From a virus (Duplodnaviria > Caudoviricetes): a DNA stretch of 29,576 nt. Below the pieces are notes generated by a model. The model had not been told where the DNA came from. It worked only from the letters and a program-made list of their open reading frames with translations, and did not search any database. The position numbers and the translations under genes were made by a program. The DNA is taken from the IMG/VR virus record IMGVR_UViG_3300027917_000138, positions 1 to 29,576 of that record; one strand, given 5' to 3'. Every line of letters begins with the position of its first letter. Position 1 is the stretch's first letter. Of this stretch, positions 1 to 8,700 are shown one piece after another.

Positions 1-32
1 CGGTGTGTGAGTTCGATTCTCACAGCGGGGCA
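1..32 (+). tRNA. 3' part of a tRNA or tRNA-like element (T-arm plus putative acceptor 3' strand), truncated by window start
   Basis: GTGAG-TTCGATT-CTCAC (7-23) is a canonical T stem-loop, followed by a G-rich AGCGGGGCA. No encoded CCA; the anticodon lies outside the window, so identity cannot be assigned. Confidence 0.45.
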
Positions 33-61
33 AATCCCAAACTCTCTACTTTTTTTCTCAA

Positions 62-232
62 ATGTTCAATCGTTCGACTCTTCTCGGTATGCTTCGCCAG
101 GGTCAGGATGGGAGTCAAATTCTCAATATCCTTGACACTATGGTTTCCGCAATCGAAGATCAGAACATAAATGAGTGCGCTGCACATTATGCGGCAATTT
201 CGACTCCCACTCTGCAACCTGTGGAGTTCTGA
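62..232 (+). CDS. small hypothetical phage protein, 56 aa (MFNRSTLLGMLRQGQDGSQILNILDTMVS...PVEF)
   Basis: Hand-translated ATG62..TGA232, below the ORF-track cutoff. Preceded by a pyrimidine-rich leader and co-oriented with neighbouring small genes. Confidence 0.7.
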   Translation: MFNRSTLLGMLRQGQDGSQILNILDTMVSAIEDQNINECAAHYAAISTPTLQPVEF

Positions 233-251
233 GTCAACATTTCAAAGTGTG

Positions 252-288
252 TCGGGGGTGCTCTGAGGTGCCCCTGATGCTGTAGGAT
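252..288 (+). promoter_or_regulatory. GU-containing hairpin followed by a -10-like TAGGAT upstream of ORF 317
   Basis: TCGGGGGTGC-tctgag-GTGCCCCTGA (252-277) pairs with G-U wobbles. TAGGAT at 283-288 and AAGGAG Shine-Dalgarno at 305-310. No good -35 element. Confidence 0.35.
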
Positions 289-316
289 ACACAGGAAGCA
301 AACAAAGGAGCAATCC

Positions 317-493
317 ATGGCACTCTGGACAATGGCAACCGACATCAACACCCGCCAAACCATCTGGGTTGGTACTAACGTTGCCAAGGGTAAATCTCAA
401 GCGAATTCTCATACCCGTGGTTGGGCAATCGATGGATACCCCACCGCTGAACTTGCTGGGTTACATACAGACTACGTGGGGAAGCAGGGTTAA
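317..493 (+). CDS. small hypothetical phage protein, 58 aa (MALWTMATDINTRQTIWVGTNVAKG...GKQG)
   Basis: Hand-translated ATG317..TAA493 with a strong SD (AAGGAG) 6 nt upstream. Confidence 0.75.
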   Translation: MALWTMATDINTRQTIWVGTNVAKGKSQANSHTRGWAIDGYPTAELAGLHTDYVGKQG

Positions 494-538
494 TCTCTGC
501 TCACCTTTTTTTCTTCTCACTGATACCCTCCTCTGAAA

Positions 539-775
539 ATGACCGACATTTCGACACTCGCTGCTGCATCCTCTACTGACCTTCTCATCGCTGAGATTCA
601 AGGGAAGGTGAAGGTTACTCGTTTGCCCCAACGTAAACCCCGCCGCAGTGAATTGGTGATGAGTCGTGTAGGCGGTGCTGGCACCCGTTGGAATAACTCT
701 ACGGGTGGCAACGGTAGACTCAAAGCAGGGCAACTCCGCCCTGAAGAGATTGCACTCAAGTCTGCCCTTCGTTGA
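539..775 (+). CDS. small basic hypothetical phage protein, 78 aa
   Basis: ORF track; pyrimidine-rich leader like that of ORF 62; same strand as the cluster. Confidence 0.7.
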   Translation: MTDISTLAAASSTDLLIAEIQGKVKVTRLPQRKPRRSELVMSRVGGAGTRWNNSTGGNGRLKAGQLRPEEIALKSALR

Positions 776-784
776 CACTTAGCG

Positions 785-826
785 ATGCACGAACGAATGG
801 GGATATACCTTATTCGTTCGGAGCAT
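785..826 (+). terminator. long imperfect hairpin closing the small-gene cluster (possible terminator or processing site)
   Basis: CGAACGAATGGGG (790-802) pairs with CCTTATTCGTTCG (808-820), loop ATATA, extendable by ATGC/GCAT. No clear U-tract follows. Confidence 0.4.
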
Positions 827-1021
827 TCGTGATAGGCAGTTAGAAAAAAGTTTGCCCCTTAAGTATAAGGCGGCCCTCGTATATTATTTTTTTAAGGTAC
901 TCCTAAGCTATAAAAGTATGCCCCTAAGAGACTTATATCACTCTAAGACTTTTTTCAAAAGACCTCGAAGGGTATCAAATAAAATAAAAAAAATCCCGGA
1001 AAAATTTTTTGGTATGTAGAG

Positions 1022-1177
1022 ATGAGTAAACGTAAACCGTATTGGAGTTTTTGGAAAGTTATTTTTGCGGGGTGGATCATAAGATACCCTGGGAAAGTAT
1101 TCAATGTATTTCGATTTCCGCTGATGGTCTCATTTGGGGCAGTTGTGGTGATGATATATAATGCATTGAAACAATAA
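1022..1177 (+). CDS. small hypothetical membrane protein, 51 aa (MSKRKPYWSFWKVIFAGWIIRYPGK...)
   Basis: Hand-translated ATG1022..TAA1177. Basic N-terminus, Trp-rich, hydrophobic C-terminal segment. Confidence 0.7.
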   Translation: MSKRKPYWSFWKVIFAGWIIRYPGKVFNVFRFPLMVSFGAVVVMIYNALKQ

Positions 1178-1186
1178 GAATTCAAT

Positions 1187-1381
1187 ATGTTAGAAAAGGT
1201 ATATCACATATACGCAAAGGAGAAGTGTTTATATCACTCACTCAAGGAAGAGGAGTTTTATAAGACATGGAATACTCTACTTACACTTGTAGATTTGACT
1301 TCAAGTGAGTATCAGAGAGAGGATTTAAATTACGAAGAATTAATCGTAAATAAAAAAGCAGTATCTGAGTCTTCATTTTGA
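1187..1381 (+). CDS. hypothetical phage protein, 64 aa
   Basis: ORF track; tightly packed between ORF 1022 and the promoter of ORF 1439. Confidence 0.75.
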   Translation: MLEKVYHIYAKEKCLYHSLKEEEFYKTWNTLLTLVDLTSSEYQREDLNYEELIVNKKAVSESSF

Positions 1382-1386
1382 AGGGG

Positions 1387-1415
1387 TTTACAAAAGATAA
1401 ATAACACGATAAAAT
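1387..1415 (+). promoter_or_regulatory. sigma70-like promoter with a nested T4-type late promoter
   Basis: TTTACA (1387-1392), 17 nt spacer, TAAAAT (1410-1415). GATAAATA (1396-1403) inside the spacer matches the cyanomyovirus late consensus NATAAATA. Confidence 0.55.
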
Positions 1416-1438
1416 TGATCTGAAGGATTTTATTACTC

Positions 1439-2239
1439 ATGGCAAAAGGATTTACAGTTAAAGCAAAACCCCCAGTAGCACAGGCATCTGGGGATTGGGA
1501 TATTGATGCAATCAAGGCAAGAATGCGAGGTAAGAGCATTGTGTTCTGTCTACCAGGGCGTGGATGTTCTTTTACATTCTTGAAGGCATTTGTTCAACTC
1601 TGTTTTGATCTTGTACAGAATGGATGTGGAATTCAAATTTCTCAAGATTATTCCTCAATGGTAAACTTCGCACGTTGTAAGTGTCTTGGTGCGAATGTTC
1701 TGAGGGGTCCGAAACAGATTCCCTGGGATGGTAAGTTGCAATATGATTATCAACTATGGATTGATAGTGATATTGTTTTCAACACTGAGAAGTTTTGGCA
1801 ACTTTGTGATTTGGCATTCCCTGCTGAAGCAATTGATGAAGAGGGAGTTGTTGATGAATCGAAGCAACGTGGTATTGTTGCTGGATGGTATGCTACAGAA
1901 GATGGTCGTACAACTTCTGTTGCTCATTGGTTGGAGGAAGATGATTTCCGTAACAATGGTGGTGTGATGAATCATGAAACCGTTGATAGTATGGGCAAAC
2001 GTAAGAAGCCATTTACTGTTGATTACACAGGATTTGGTTGGGTATTGATTCAGAAGGGAGTCTTTGAGAATCTTGAATATCCTTGGTTTGCTCCGAAGAT
2101 GCAAGTTTTTGAATCTGGTGCAGTACAAGATATGTGTGGAGAAGATGTTTCCTTCTGTCTCGATGCAAAAGAACAGGGATATGAGATTTGGTGTGATCCT
2201 CGCATTCGCGTTGGGCACGAAAAGACTCGTGTTATCTGA
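1439..2239 (+). CDS. GT-A fold glycosyltransferase-like protein, 266 aa
   Basis: LWIDSDIVF (DxD motif), TGFGWVLI, CGEDVSFC and terminal RVGHEK motifs are typical of GT-A (GT2-like) phage proteins. Confidence 0.75.
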   Translation: MAKGFTVKAKPPVAQASGDWDIDAIKARMRGKSIVFCLPGRGCSFTFLKAFVQLCFDLVQNGCGIQISQDYSSMVNFARCKCLGANVLRGPKQIPWDGKLQYDYQLWIDSDIVFNTEKFWQLCDLAFPAEAIDEEGVVDESKQRGIVAGWYATEDGRTTSVAHWLEEDDFRNNGGVMNHETVDSMGKRKKPFTVDYTGFGWVLIQKGVFENLEYPWFAPKMQVFESGAVQDMCGEDVSFCLDAKEQGYEIWCDPRIRVGHEKTRVI

Positions 2240-2241
2240 TA

Positions 2242-2394
2242 ATGTTTAATATTCTCTACAAGGGAGAAATAATGTACACAGGGCTTTCTCACGAAGAATG
2301 TGCGGAAGTCCTTTCAGAACTCTCATATGAATTTTATGAGGGTAGTGAAATTGATCCGAATGAACTTAAATTAGAGGAAATTGTAAATGGCTAA
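2242..2394 (+). CDS. small acidic hypothetical protein, 50 aa (MFNILYKGEIMYTGLSHEECAEVLSEL...)
   Basis: Hand-translated ATG2242..TAA2394. Starts 2 nt after the GT stop and overlaps the next start. Confidence 0.7.
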   Translation: MFNILYKGEIMYTGLSHEECAEVLSELSYEFYEGSEIDPNELKLEEIVNG

Positions 2395-2527
2395 GCGACC
2401 TTCTTTTAGCGGTGGAGATCTTATTGAATCGAAACCCAAGAAAACACGGCAGGGTTCTGGTAAACACACTAAGTATGCCGCAACGTCTCGTAATAAAGCA
2501 CGTAAGCGTAGTAGAGGGCAGGGTTGA
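2387..2527 (+). CDS. small highly basic protein, 46 aa (MAKRPSFSGG...PKKTRQGSGKHTKYAATSRNKARKRSRGQG)
   Basis: Hand-translated ATG2387..TGA2527 with a GAGG SD upstream. K/R-rich with a C-terminal RGQG as in small basic proteins of T4-like aquatic phages. Confidence 0.75.
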   Translation: MAKRPSFSGGDLIESKPKKTRQGSGKHTKYAATSRNKARKRSRGQG

Positions 2528-2588
2528 TCCTTATATCCGGTCATCCAAAGTCTCTCCTTTGAGGCAGAAATAAGGGGGTAAATCCAAA

Positions 2589-3044
2589 ATGAAGGAAATT
2601 GAAGAGCATATCCAGAATTGGATCCTCAAAATATCAAAATTAAGACCCGAATTGGGTAATTTTGCAATTTGCCCCTTTTCCTCAACTGCCTCCTATAAAA
2701 TTGTACTATCAAATATTGACGATATTATGCCTTTAAAGGGGTATGATGTCGTCATTTTTGTTGTTGAGGACTACCTAGATGCTTCTGCAATACAGATGTG
2801 GTGTGAAATCTACAATAATATCTACAAAGACTACATATTCTTAGAGGATTGTGGTCGTTATAAGACCTTTATACAAGGTATTCAAACAAATAATGGCAAA
2901 TATAATTTAATTTTATGCCAATCTAGAGAAAAATTAGAAAAATCAAGAGAAAATCTATCAAAAACTGAATATTACGAACATTGGGACAAGGAAATGCTTG
3001 AGGAAATTTTGGGTAAGGACCATAAAATACCTCAAAAGGGATAG
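2589..3044 (+). CDS. hypothetical phage protein, 151 aa (N-terminal ICPF motif)
   Basis: ORF track; G-rich SD-like AAGGGGG upstream; phage-like AT-rich codon use. Confidence 0.75.
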   Translation: MKEIEEHIQNWILKISKLRPELGNFAICPFSSTASYKIVLSNIDDIMPLKGYDVVIFVVEDYLDASAIQMWCEIYNNIYKDYIFLEDCGRYKTFIQGIQTNNGKYNLILCQSREKLEKSRENLSKTEYYEHWDKEMLEEILGKDHKIPQKG

Positions 3045-3091
3045 AAACCCCTTAAAAAGTTCTGTTTAACCCTCAAAAAAGGAACAAACAG

Positions 3092-3352
3092 ATGGCAATT
3101 CAACCAAATCCAGATAGGGACGTAAATTATATGAAAGAAGTTTGGGGAACAACGAGTCTGATCACTGATTATTGGAGCAAAACTCCTGGAGACTCAAAAA
3201 AACAGATGCTCAGAGAGATTAATAACGACGATATTACTCCAAAAAAGCACAATTTTGCTCATCAAAATGAAATTCATGAGAAAATTCGTAATGACAATGA
3301 TTATGATGATTGGTCATATGGAACCGAACCATTTTACGGTCAAAATATCTAA
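3092..3352 (+). CDS. hypothetical phage protein, 86 aa
   Basis: ORF track; AGGA SD upstream; lies immediately before gp25. Confidence 0.75.
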   Translation: MAIQPNPDRDVNYMKEVWGTTSLITDYWSKTPGDSKKQMLREINNDDITPKKHNFAHQNEIHEKIRNDNDYDDWSYGTEPFYGQNI

Positions 3353-3358
3353 TAAATA
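3351..3358 (+). promoter_or_regulatory. T4-type late promoter (gp55-dependent)
   Basis: AATAAATA ends 24 nt upstream of the gp25 start and matches NATAAATA. Confidence 0.7.
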
Positions 3359-3382
3359 AGTTGAGACTACATCTTTTCATAA

Positions 3383-3784
3383 ATGCCTTTAGAGAGAATT
3401 AGTAAATCATTTAAGGATATTAGTTTATCTCTTCAGGTCAATCCATTGACTTATGATATTTTGGCCATTAAAAATGAAACAGCGATTGCAAGATCAGTTC
3501 GTAATCTGGTTTTAACTTTGCCAGGTGAAAGATTTTTTAATCCAGATGTTGGATCTGATATTGGTAGATCTTTATTTGAAAATATTGATTCAATTTCTGC
3601 AGATGGTATTAAATCGCAAATTGAAAACACTATTAGAAATTATGAACCAAGAGTTTCATTAATTGATGTTATTGTAAATCCAATTTATGATAATAATGAA
3701 TTTAACGTTACTATAAGATATAATATTATAGGTATAGATGTTCCACCCCAAAAGTTAGTTTTTGTATTACAGCCAACCCGATAA
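3383..3784 (+). CDS. gp25: baseplate wedge subunit gp25 (GPW/gp25 family)
   Basis: Motifs FKDISL, AIARSVRNLVLTLPGERFFNPDVGS and IRNYEPRV; 133 aa; directly upstream of gp6. Confidence 0.93.
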   Translation: MPLERISKSFKDISLSLQVNPLTYDILAIKNETAIARSVRNLVLTLPGERFFNPDVGSDIGRSLFENIDSISADGIKSQIENTIRNYEPRVSLIDVIVNPIYDNNEFNVTIRYNIIGIDVPPQKLVFVLQPTR

Positions 3785-5698
3785 ATGGCAATAGTAAATT
3801 TTACAGACTTAGATTTTGATCAATTAAGGCAATCTATTAAAGATTACTTAGGATCAAGCTCAGATTTCACGGATTATGATTTTGAAGGATCGAATTTGTC
3901 GGTCTTGATAGATATTCTTGCATATAATACGTACATTTCCTCATATAACGCTAATATGATTAGCGGTGAGGTTTTTATTGATAGTGCAACATTAAGAGAA
4001 AATATTGTTTCACTTGCAAGAAATATTGGATACGTTCCAAGATCAAGAACTGCAGCAAGAGCAAATATATCCTTCTTTATTGATGTTTCAAATTACGCAT
4101 CAATTCCTAGAATAATTACATTGAATAAGGGTATAGTTTGTACTACGGAATCTAATTTTAGTGGAGAAAGTTATACATTTGTTACCAAAGAAGATATTTC
4201 AGTTCCTGTGGTAAATGGAGTTGCATTTTTTGAAAATATTGAAATTTATGAAGGAACTCTAGCAACTTCAGAGTTTACTGTAAGTTCTTTTATACCAAAT
4301 CCTCCTCAAAGATATATTATAGAAAATGTAAATGCTGATATAAGTACGCTATCAGTCAATGTTTACCAAAGTCAATTATCATCTCTTTCTACAAAATATG
4401 CTCTAGCGCAAGACATTATCGATATTGGATCCGATTCTAAAATTTTCTTTATTCAAGAAATCCAAAATCAATATTATGAATTAATTTTTGGAGACGGTAT
4501 CTTTGGCAAAAAACTGGAAAATTTTAATTTAATTAAGGCATCCTATGTTGTTTCCAATGGAGCGTTGGGAAATAATCTTTCGCAATTTACATTTGCCGGA
4601 AAATTAGATTCAAATATTGGAATTATTACTCGTGGTATCTCTAATATTGTAACTAATACTGCTTCTTTTGGTGGAAATGAAATAGAATCTGTACAATCGA
4701 TCCGAAATTATGCTCCAAAATATTATTCTTCTCAAAACAGAGCAGTGACAGCAAATGATTTTAAGGCAATTGTTCCAAGACTTTTTCCAGAATTAGAGTC
4801 TGTTAATGTTTTTGGTGGAGAAGATTTAAATCCACCAAGATATGGAAAAGTTTTTGTGGCAGTTAAACCACAAAGTGGAACTTTTATATCATCAAGTGCT
4901 GCTCAAAATTTAAAGAATCTTCTTAGAAAATACACAGTTGCTGGTATTGTAATTGAAGTTATCGATTTAAAATACTTATATATTGAACTGGATACTACAA
5001 TTTATTATAATGAAAATTTAACTAATAATTCACAAATACCAAAAAATAAAGTAACATCTAATTTGGAAAAATATTCGAAGTCACTAGAATCTGATAATAG
5101 TGACGTTAGATTTAAATATAGTAAAGTTTTGAATATTATAGATGAAAGTGATCCTTCTATTACTTCAAACATTACTAAAGTTTCCGTAAGGAGAGATTTT
5201 AGGGCATCTATTAATCAATTTGCAGAATATGAAATTTGCTTTGGTAACGAACTTTTTGTAAGAAATAGAGATGGGTTTAATATAAAAACATCTGGATTTA
5301 GTGTTGCTGGAATTAGTGGAACGGTTTACATTTCTGATAAACCAAATGCAAATTTAAAAACGGGAAGTTTATTCTTATTCAAAATATCAACAGAATCTGA
5401 TGAACCTGTCCAGGTTAGACAATCTATTGGAACTGTAGATTATGTGAAAGGGGAAATTATATTGAATCCAATTAACATTGTTTCTACGATTATAGATAGT
5501 GGAGAATCTATTGTGGAAATTTCTGCCACACCAAAATCAAATGATGTTATTGGTTTACAGGATCTTTATTTACAGCTTGATACCAATAAAATAACCGTTA
5601 CTGCAGTTCGTGACAATATTTCTTCTGGAAATGATATTTCTGGAAGTAATTATATTACAACCTCAAGTTATACGAATGGAAAATTAATTAGAGATTAA
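3785..5698 (+). CDS. gp6: baseplate wedge subunit gp6
   Basis: LDFDQL..., FTDYDFEGSNLSVLIDILAYNT, FIDSATLRENIVSLARNIGYVPRS, FGDGIFGK and QNRAVTANDF motifs; 637 aa. Confidence 0.95.
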   Translation: MAIVNFTDLDFDQLRQSIKDYLGSSSDFTDYDFEGSNLSVLIDILAYNTYISSYNANMISGEVFIDSATLRENIVSLARNIGYVPRSRTAARANISFFIDVSNYASIPRIITLNKGIVCTTESNFSGESYTFVTKEDISVPVVNGVAFFENIEIYEGTLATSEFTVSSFIPNPPQRYIIENVNADISTLSVNVYQSQLSSLSTKYALAQDIIDIGSDSKIFFIQEIQNQYYELIFGDGIFGKKLENFNLIKASYVVSNGALGNNLSQFTFAGKLDSNIGIITRGISNIVTNTASFGGNEIESVQSIRNYAPKYYSSQNRAVTANDFKAIVPRLFPELESVNVFGGEDLNPPRYGKVFVAVKPQSGTFISSSAAQNLKNLLRKYTVAGIVIEVIDLKYLYIELDTTIYYNENLTNNSQIPKNKVTSNLEKYSKSLESDNSDVRFKYSKVLNIIDESDPSITSNITKVSVRRDFRASINQFAEYEICFGNELFVRNRDGFNIKTSGFSVAGISGTVYISDKPNANLKTGSLFLFKISTESDEPVQVRQSIGTVDYVKGEIILNPINIVSTIIDSGESIVEISATPKSNDVIGLQDLYLQLDTNKITVTAVRDNISSGNDISGSNYITTSSYTNGKLIRD

Positions 5699-5703
5699 TA
5701 GAA

Positions 5704-8700
5704 ATGCAAAGCACAAGAGTTAAAATTAGTAATGTTGTAAAGAATCAACTCCCAAATTTTGTTAGGGAGACTTACCCTTTAGTTGAAAAACTATTCCAAG
5801 AATATTACGCTGGATTAGAATATCAGGGTGGTGTACTGGACATACTTCAAAATATTGATAAGTATGTAAAACTTGACAATATTGCATCTCTAATTGAATA
5901 TACGGAATTAACTCAAGATATTTCTTTTGCTGATGATAGTATTCGCGTATCTAGTACTAGAGGATTTCCTGATAGTTATGGATTGATTCAAATCGATTCT
6001 GAGGTTATTTTATACAAGTCAAAAACATATAATACATTTAATGATTGTGTTAGAGGTTTTAGTGCGATTACCTCATATGAAGATGGTCTAGATTTTCAAA
6101 AAACTAATGCAAGCGATCATTTAAATTCTGCATCTGTCAAAAATTTAAATATTTTATTCTTAAATGAGTTCTTTAAGAAAATAAAAACTCAATTTGCACC
6201 AGGATTTGAGAATAGAAAGTTTTTTTCTAGCGATACTCTAAGCGTAAATAAAAATCTTTTGATCAAACAGTTAAAAGATTTTTATACTTCTAAAGGAACT
6301 GATGCTTCCTATAAAATTTTATTTAAAGCATTATTTGGGGATGATGTTAAAGTCATCAAACCAAGAGATTATTTGATTAGACCTTCAGATGCTCAATATA
6401 GAATTAATCAGGAATTAGTTATTGAAGCAATTGAAGGAGATCCAAAAGACTTAGTTAATACTACAATTTTCCAAAATACTCTATCAATTGATGGTGAAGA
6501 ATTTATATCCTCTGCATATGGAACTGTAAATAAAGTTGAAACAATTACAAGAAAGGATAAAACTTACTATACCATAGGTCTTGACTTTGATTTCAATAAA
6601 GATATTAATCTTAGAGGATCGGTCTATGGTGAATTTGTTATCGGTCCAAAAACTATTATTTTGGAAAGAATTGACATCGGATCTTCGTCAATTACCGTAG
6701 ATTCTACATATGGATTTCCAGAAACTAATGGAAAGTTGGTTGTATATTATGAAGATGGTACAACTCAACAAATCGATTATCAAAGAAAAAATTTGAATCA
6801 GTTTTTGGGTTGCTCTGGAATCAATAGAAATATTGATTCTAAAACGGAAATTTACTTGGATTATGTTTGTGAAGGTGGATTAACTAAAAATGGTGATGAG
6901 AATCCAATTAAATTTAGAATCACTGGAGTTTTATCAGATCCTGTAGTTGATAATAATTCTCGCTATATTGTTGCCGGAAACAGAATAAATTTAAGAACTT
7001 TAGGAAAGGACATTAAAGATCCTCAATTTAATTGTTGGAGATTGAATATATCGCCATCTTATAGAATAAAAAATTTAGAATTGATTAACACATTTAATAA
7101 TATCTACAGAGTTGAATTTAGTGATAAGCATTTATTTACTTTTGGTGATAATGCTATTCTAACATCAGTTACAGGTCAATTAAAAACCTATAATGGCGTG
7201 GTCGAATCTATTGTTAATGATTTTGCATTAAATGTATCATTACCATTTAATTTTGATTCAACTCAAATATATGACATTGAAAGAAAAATTTCTAAATTTT
7301 CTTATACCTATAATTCGGAAGTATTTGATAATAATAATATTTACATCACTGATACTCAGAATACTTATAGAGGATCTGATGGAAGCTTATATGTTGCATC
7401 ACAATCTTTACCAAAATATAGTAAAGAATCATTGATTATTTCTGATGATACTGTTATTTTGGGTGAAAATTTCTTTATCAGTGAAGAACAAAATCCAAGT
7501 AATCCTGAAATTTTAGATACAGTTTTAAACATTGGAAAAAATGCATTTGTCACTGGAGATGCTTTATATTATCAAAAAGGCGGAGAAAATAATTCTTTAA
7601 ATATTTCTAGTGGGGTTTATTATGTCAAAGTATTGGGTACATTTACCAATTCCACAAAAATAAAACTTTCAAGTAGTAGAAGCAATCTTGGAAATGATAT
7701 TTTTATCAATATTTCAATAAATTCTCCAACATCCAAACTTATTGGAAATGAAAATAGAATATTTAAATCGACAGATGAATTAATATTTTTCCAAAATCAA
7801 AGTGAGAATGCTGAAGAGATTTTTTCAAGAAAAATTTCTCCAAAAAATATTTTCAAAAAAATATCTTCTCCACAAATACCACAAGAAAAAACTTTAACAC
7901 CTTCAGGATCCATTGGTATTTTGGCAAATGGAGTTGAAATTTCTAATTACAAGTCAAATGATTTTATATACTATGGATCTATAGAAAAAATTGATGTAAA
8001 GTCTTTAGGATCCGGTTATGATATAATTAATCCACCTCTTTTGGTTGTTAATGATGAGAGTGGATCTGGAGCTTCAATAATACCACATGTTCAAGGATTT
8101 TTGGAAAAAATTGACGTTTTGAATGGTGGATTTGATTGGGATGGAATTCCTGAAATAAAAATATCGGGAGGTAATGGATCTGGTGCGATAGCAATTCCAG
8201 AGATGACAGTTTTTGACCATTCTGTGGAATTTATTGCAAATCAAGATCAGGTGGCCATTGGTACTGGAACCCCTACATCCGGAAGAATAACTTTTAATGT
8301 GAAGCATAAGTTCTTTGAAGGGGAAAGAATAAGATATGATTACACTGACGCTCCTCTTGGAGGATTAGAACGTGAAATTGATTATTTTGTTTCTCCAGAA
8401 ACCGATTTTATTCTAAAAATATACAAAAACTTTACAGATTCTATTAATAAACAAAATCCAATTGAGTTTGAATCGGACGACTTTTCTCCAGGAAAGCATT
8501 TTTTAAAGAGTGCTAATAAGAAGTCAACTATTGGTTCAATAAAAGTAAATAGAACTGGGCAAAATTATACCAATAAAAAGTTTGTATTTTCAAATGCAGA
8601 TGTAGATTTATATAAAAATTCAATAAAAATTGAAAACCACCAATATAAAACTGGAGAAATAATTGTATATAATTGTGATGGAACTTCCATATCTGGATTA

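Noticed and set aside
132-160. TTGACA suggesting a sigma70 promoter
   Set aside because: Lies inside ORF 62-232, and the correctly spaced -10 (GAAGAT) is poor.
20-2292. Minus-strand and off-frame ORFs (20..217, 187..387, 461..778, 955..1185, 1330..1539, 1728..1967, 1754..2218, 2050..2292, 2064..2249)
   Set aside because: They overlap better-supported + strand genes with plausible leaders and tight packing.
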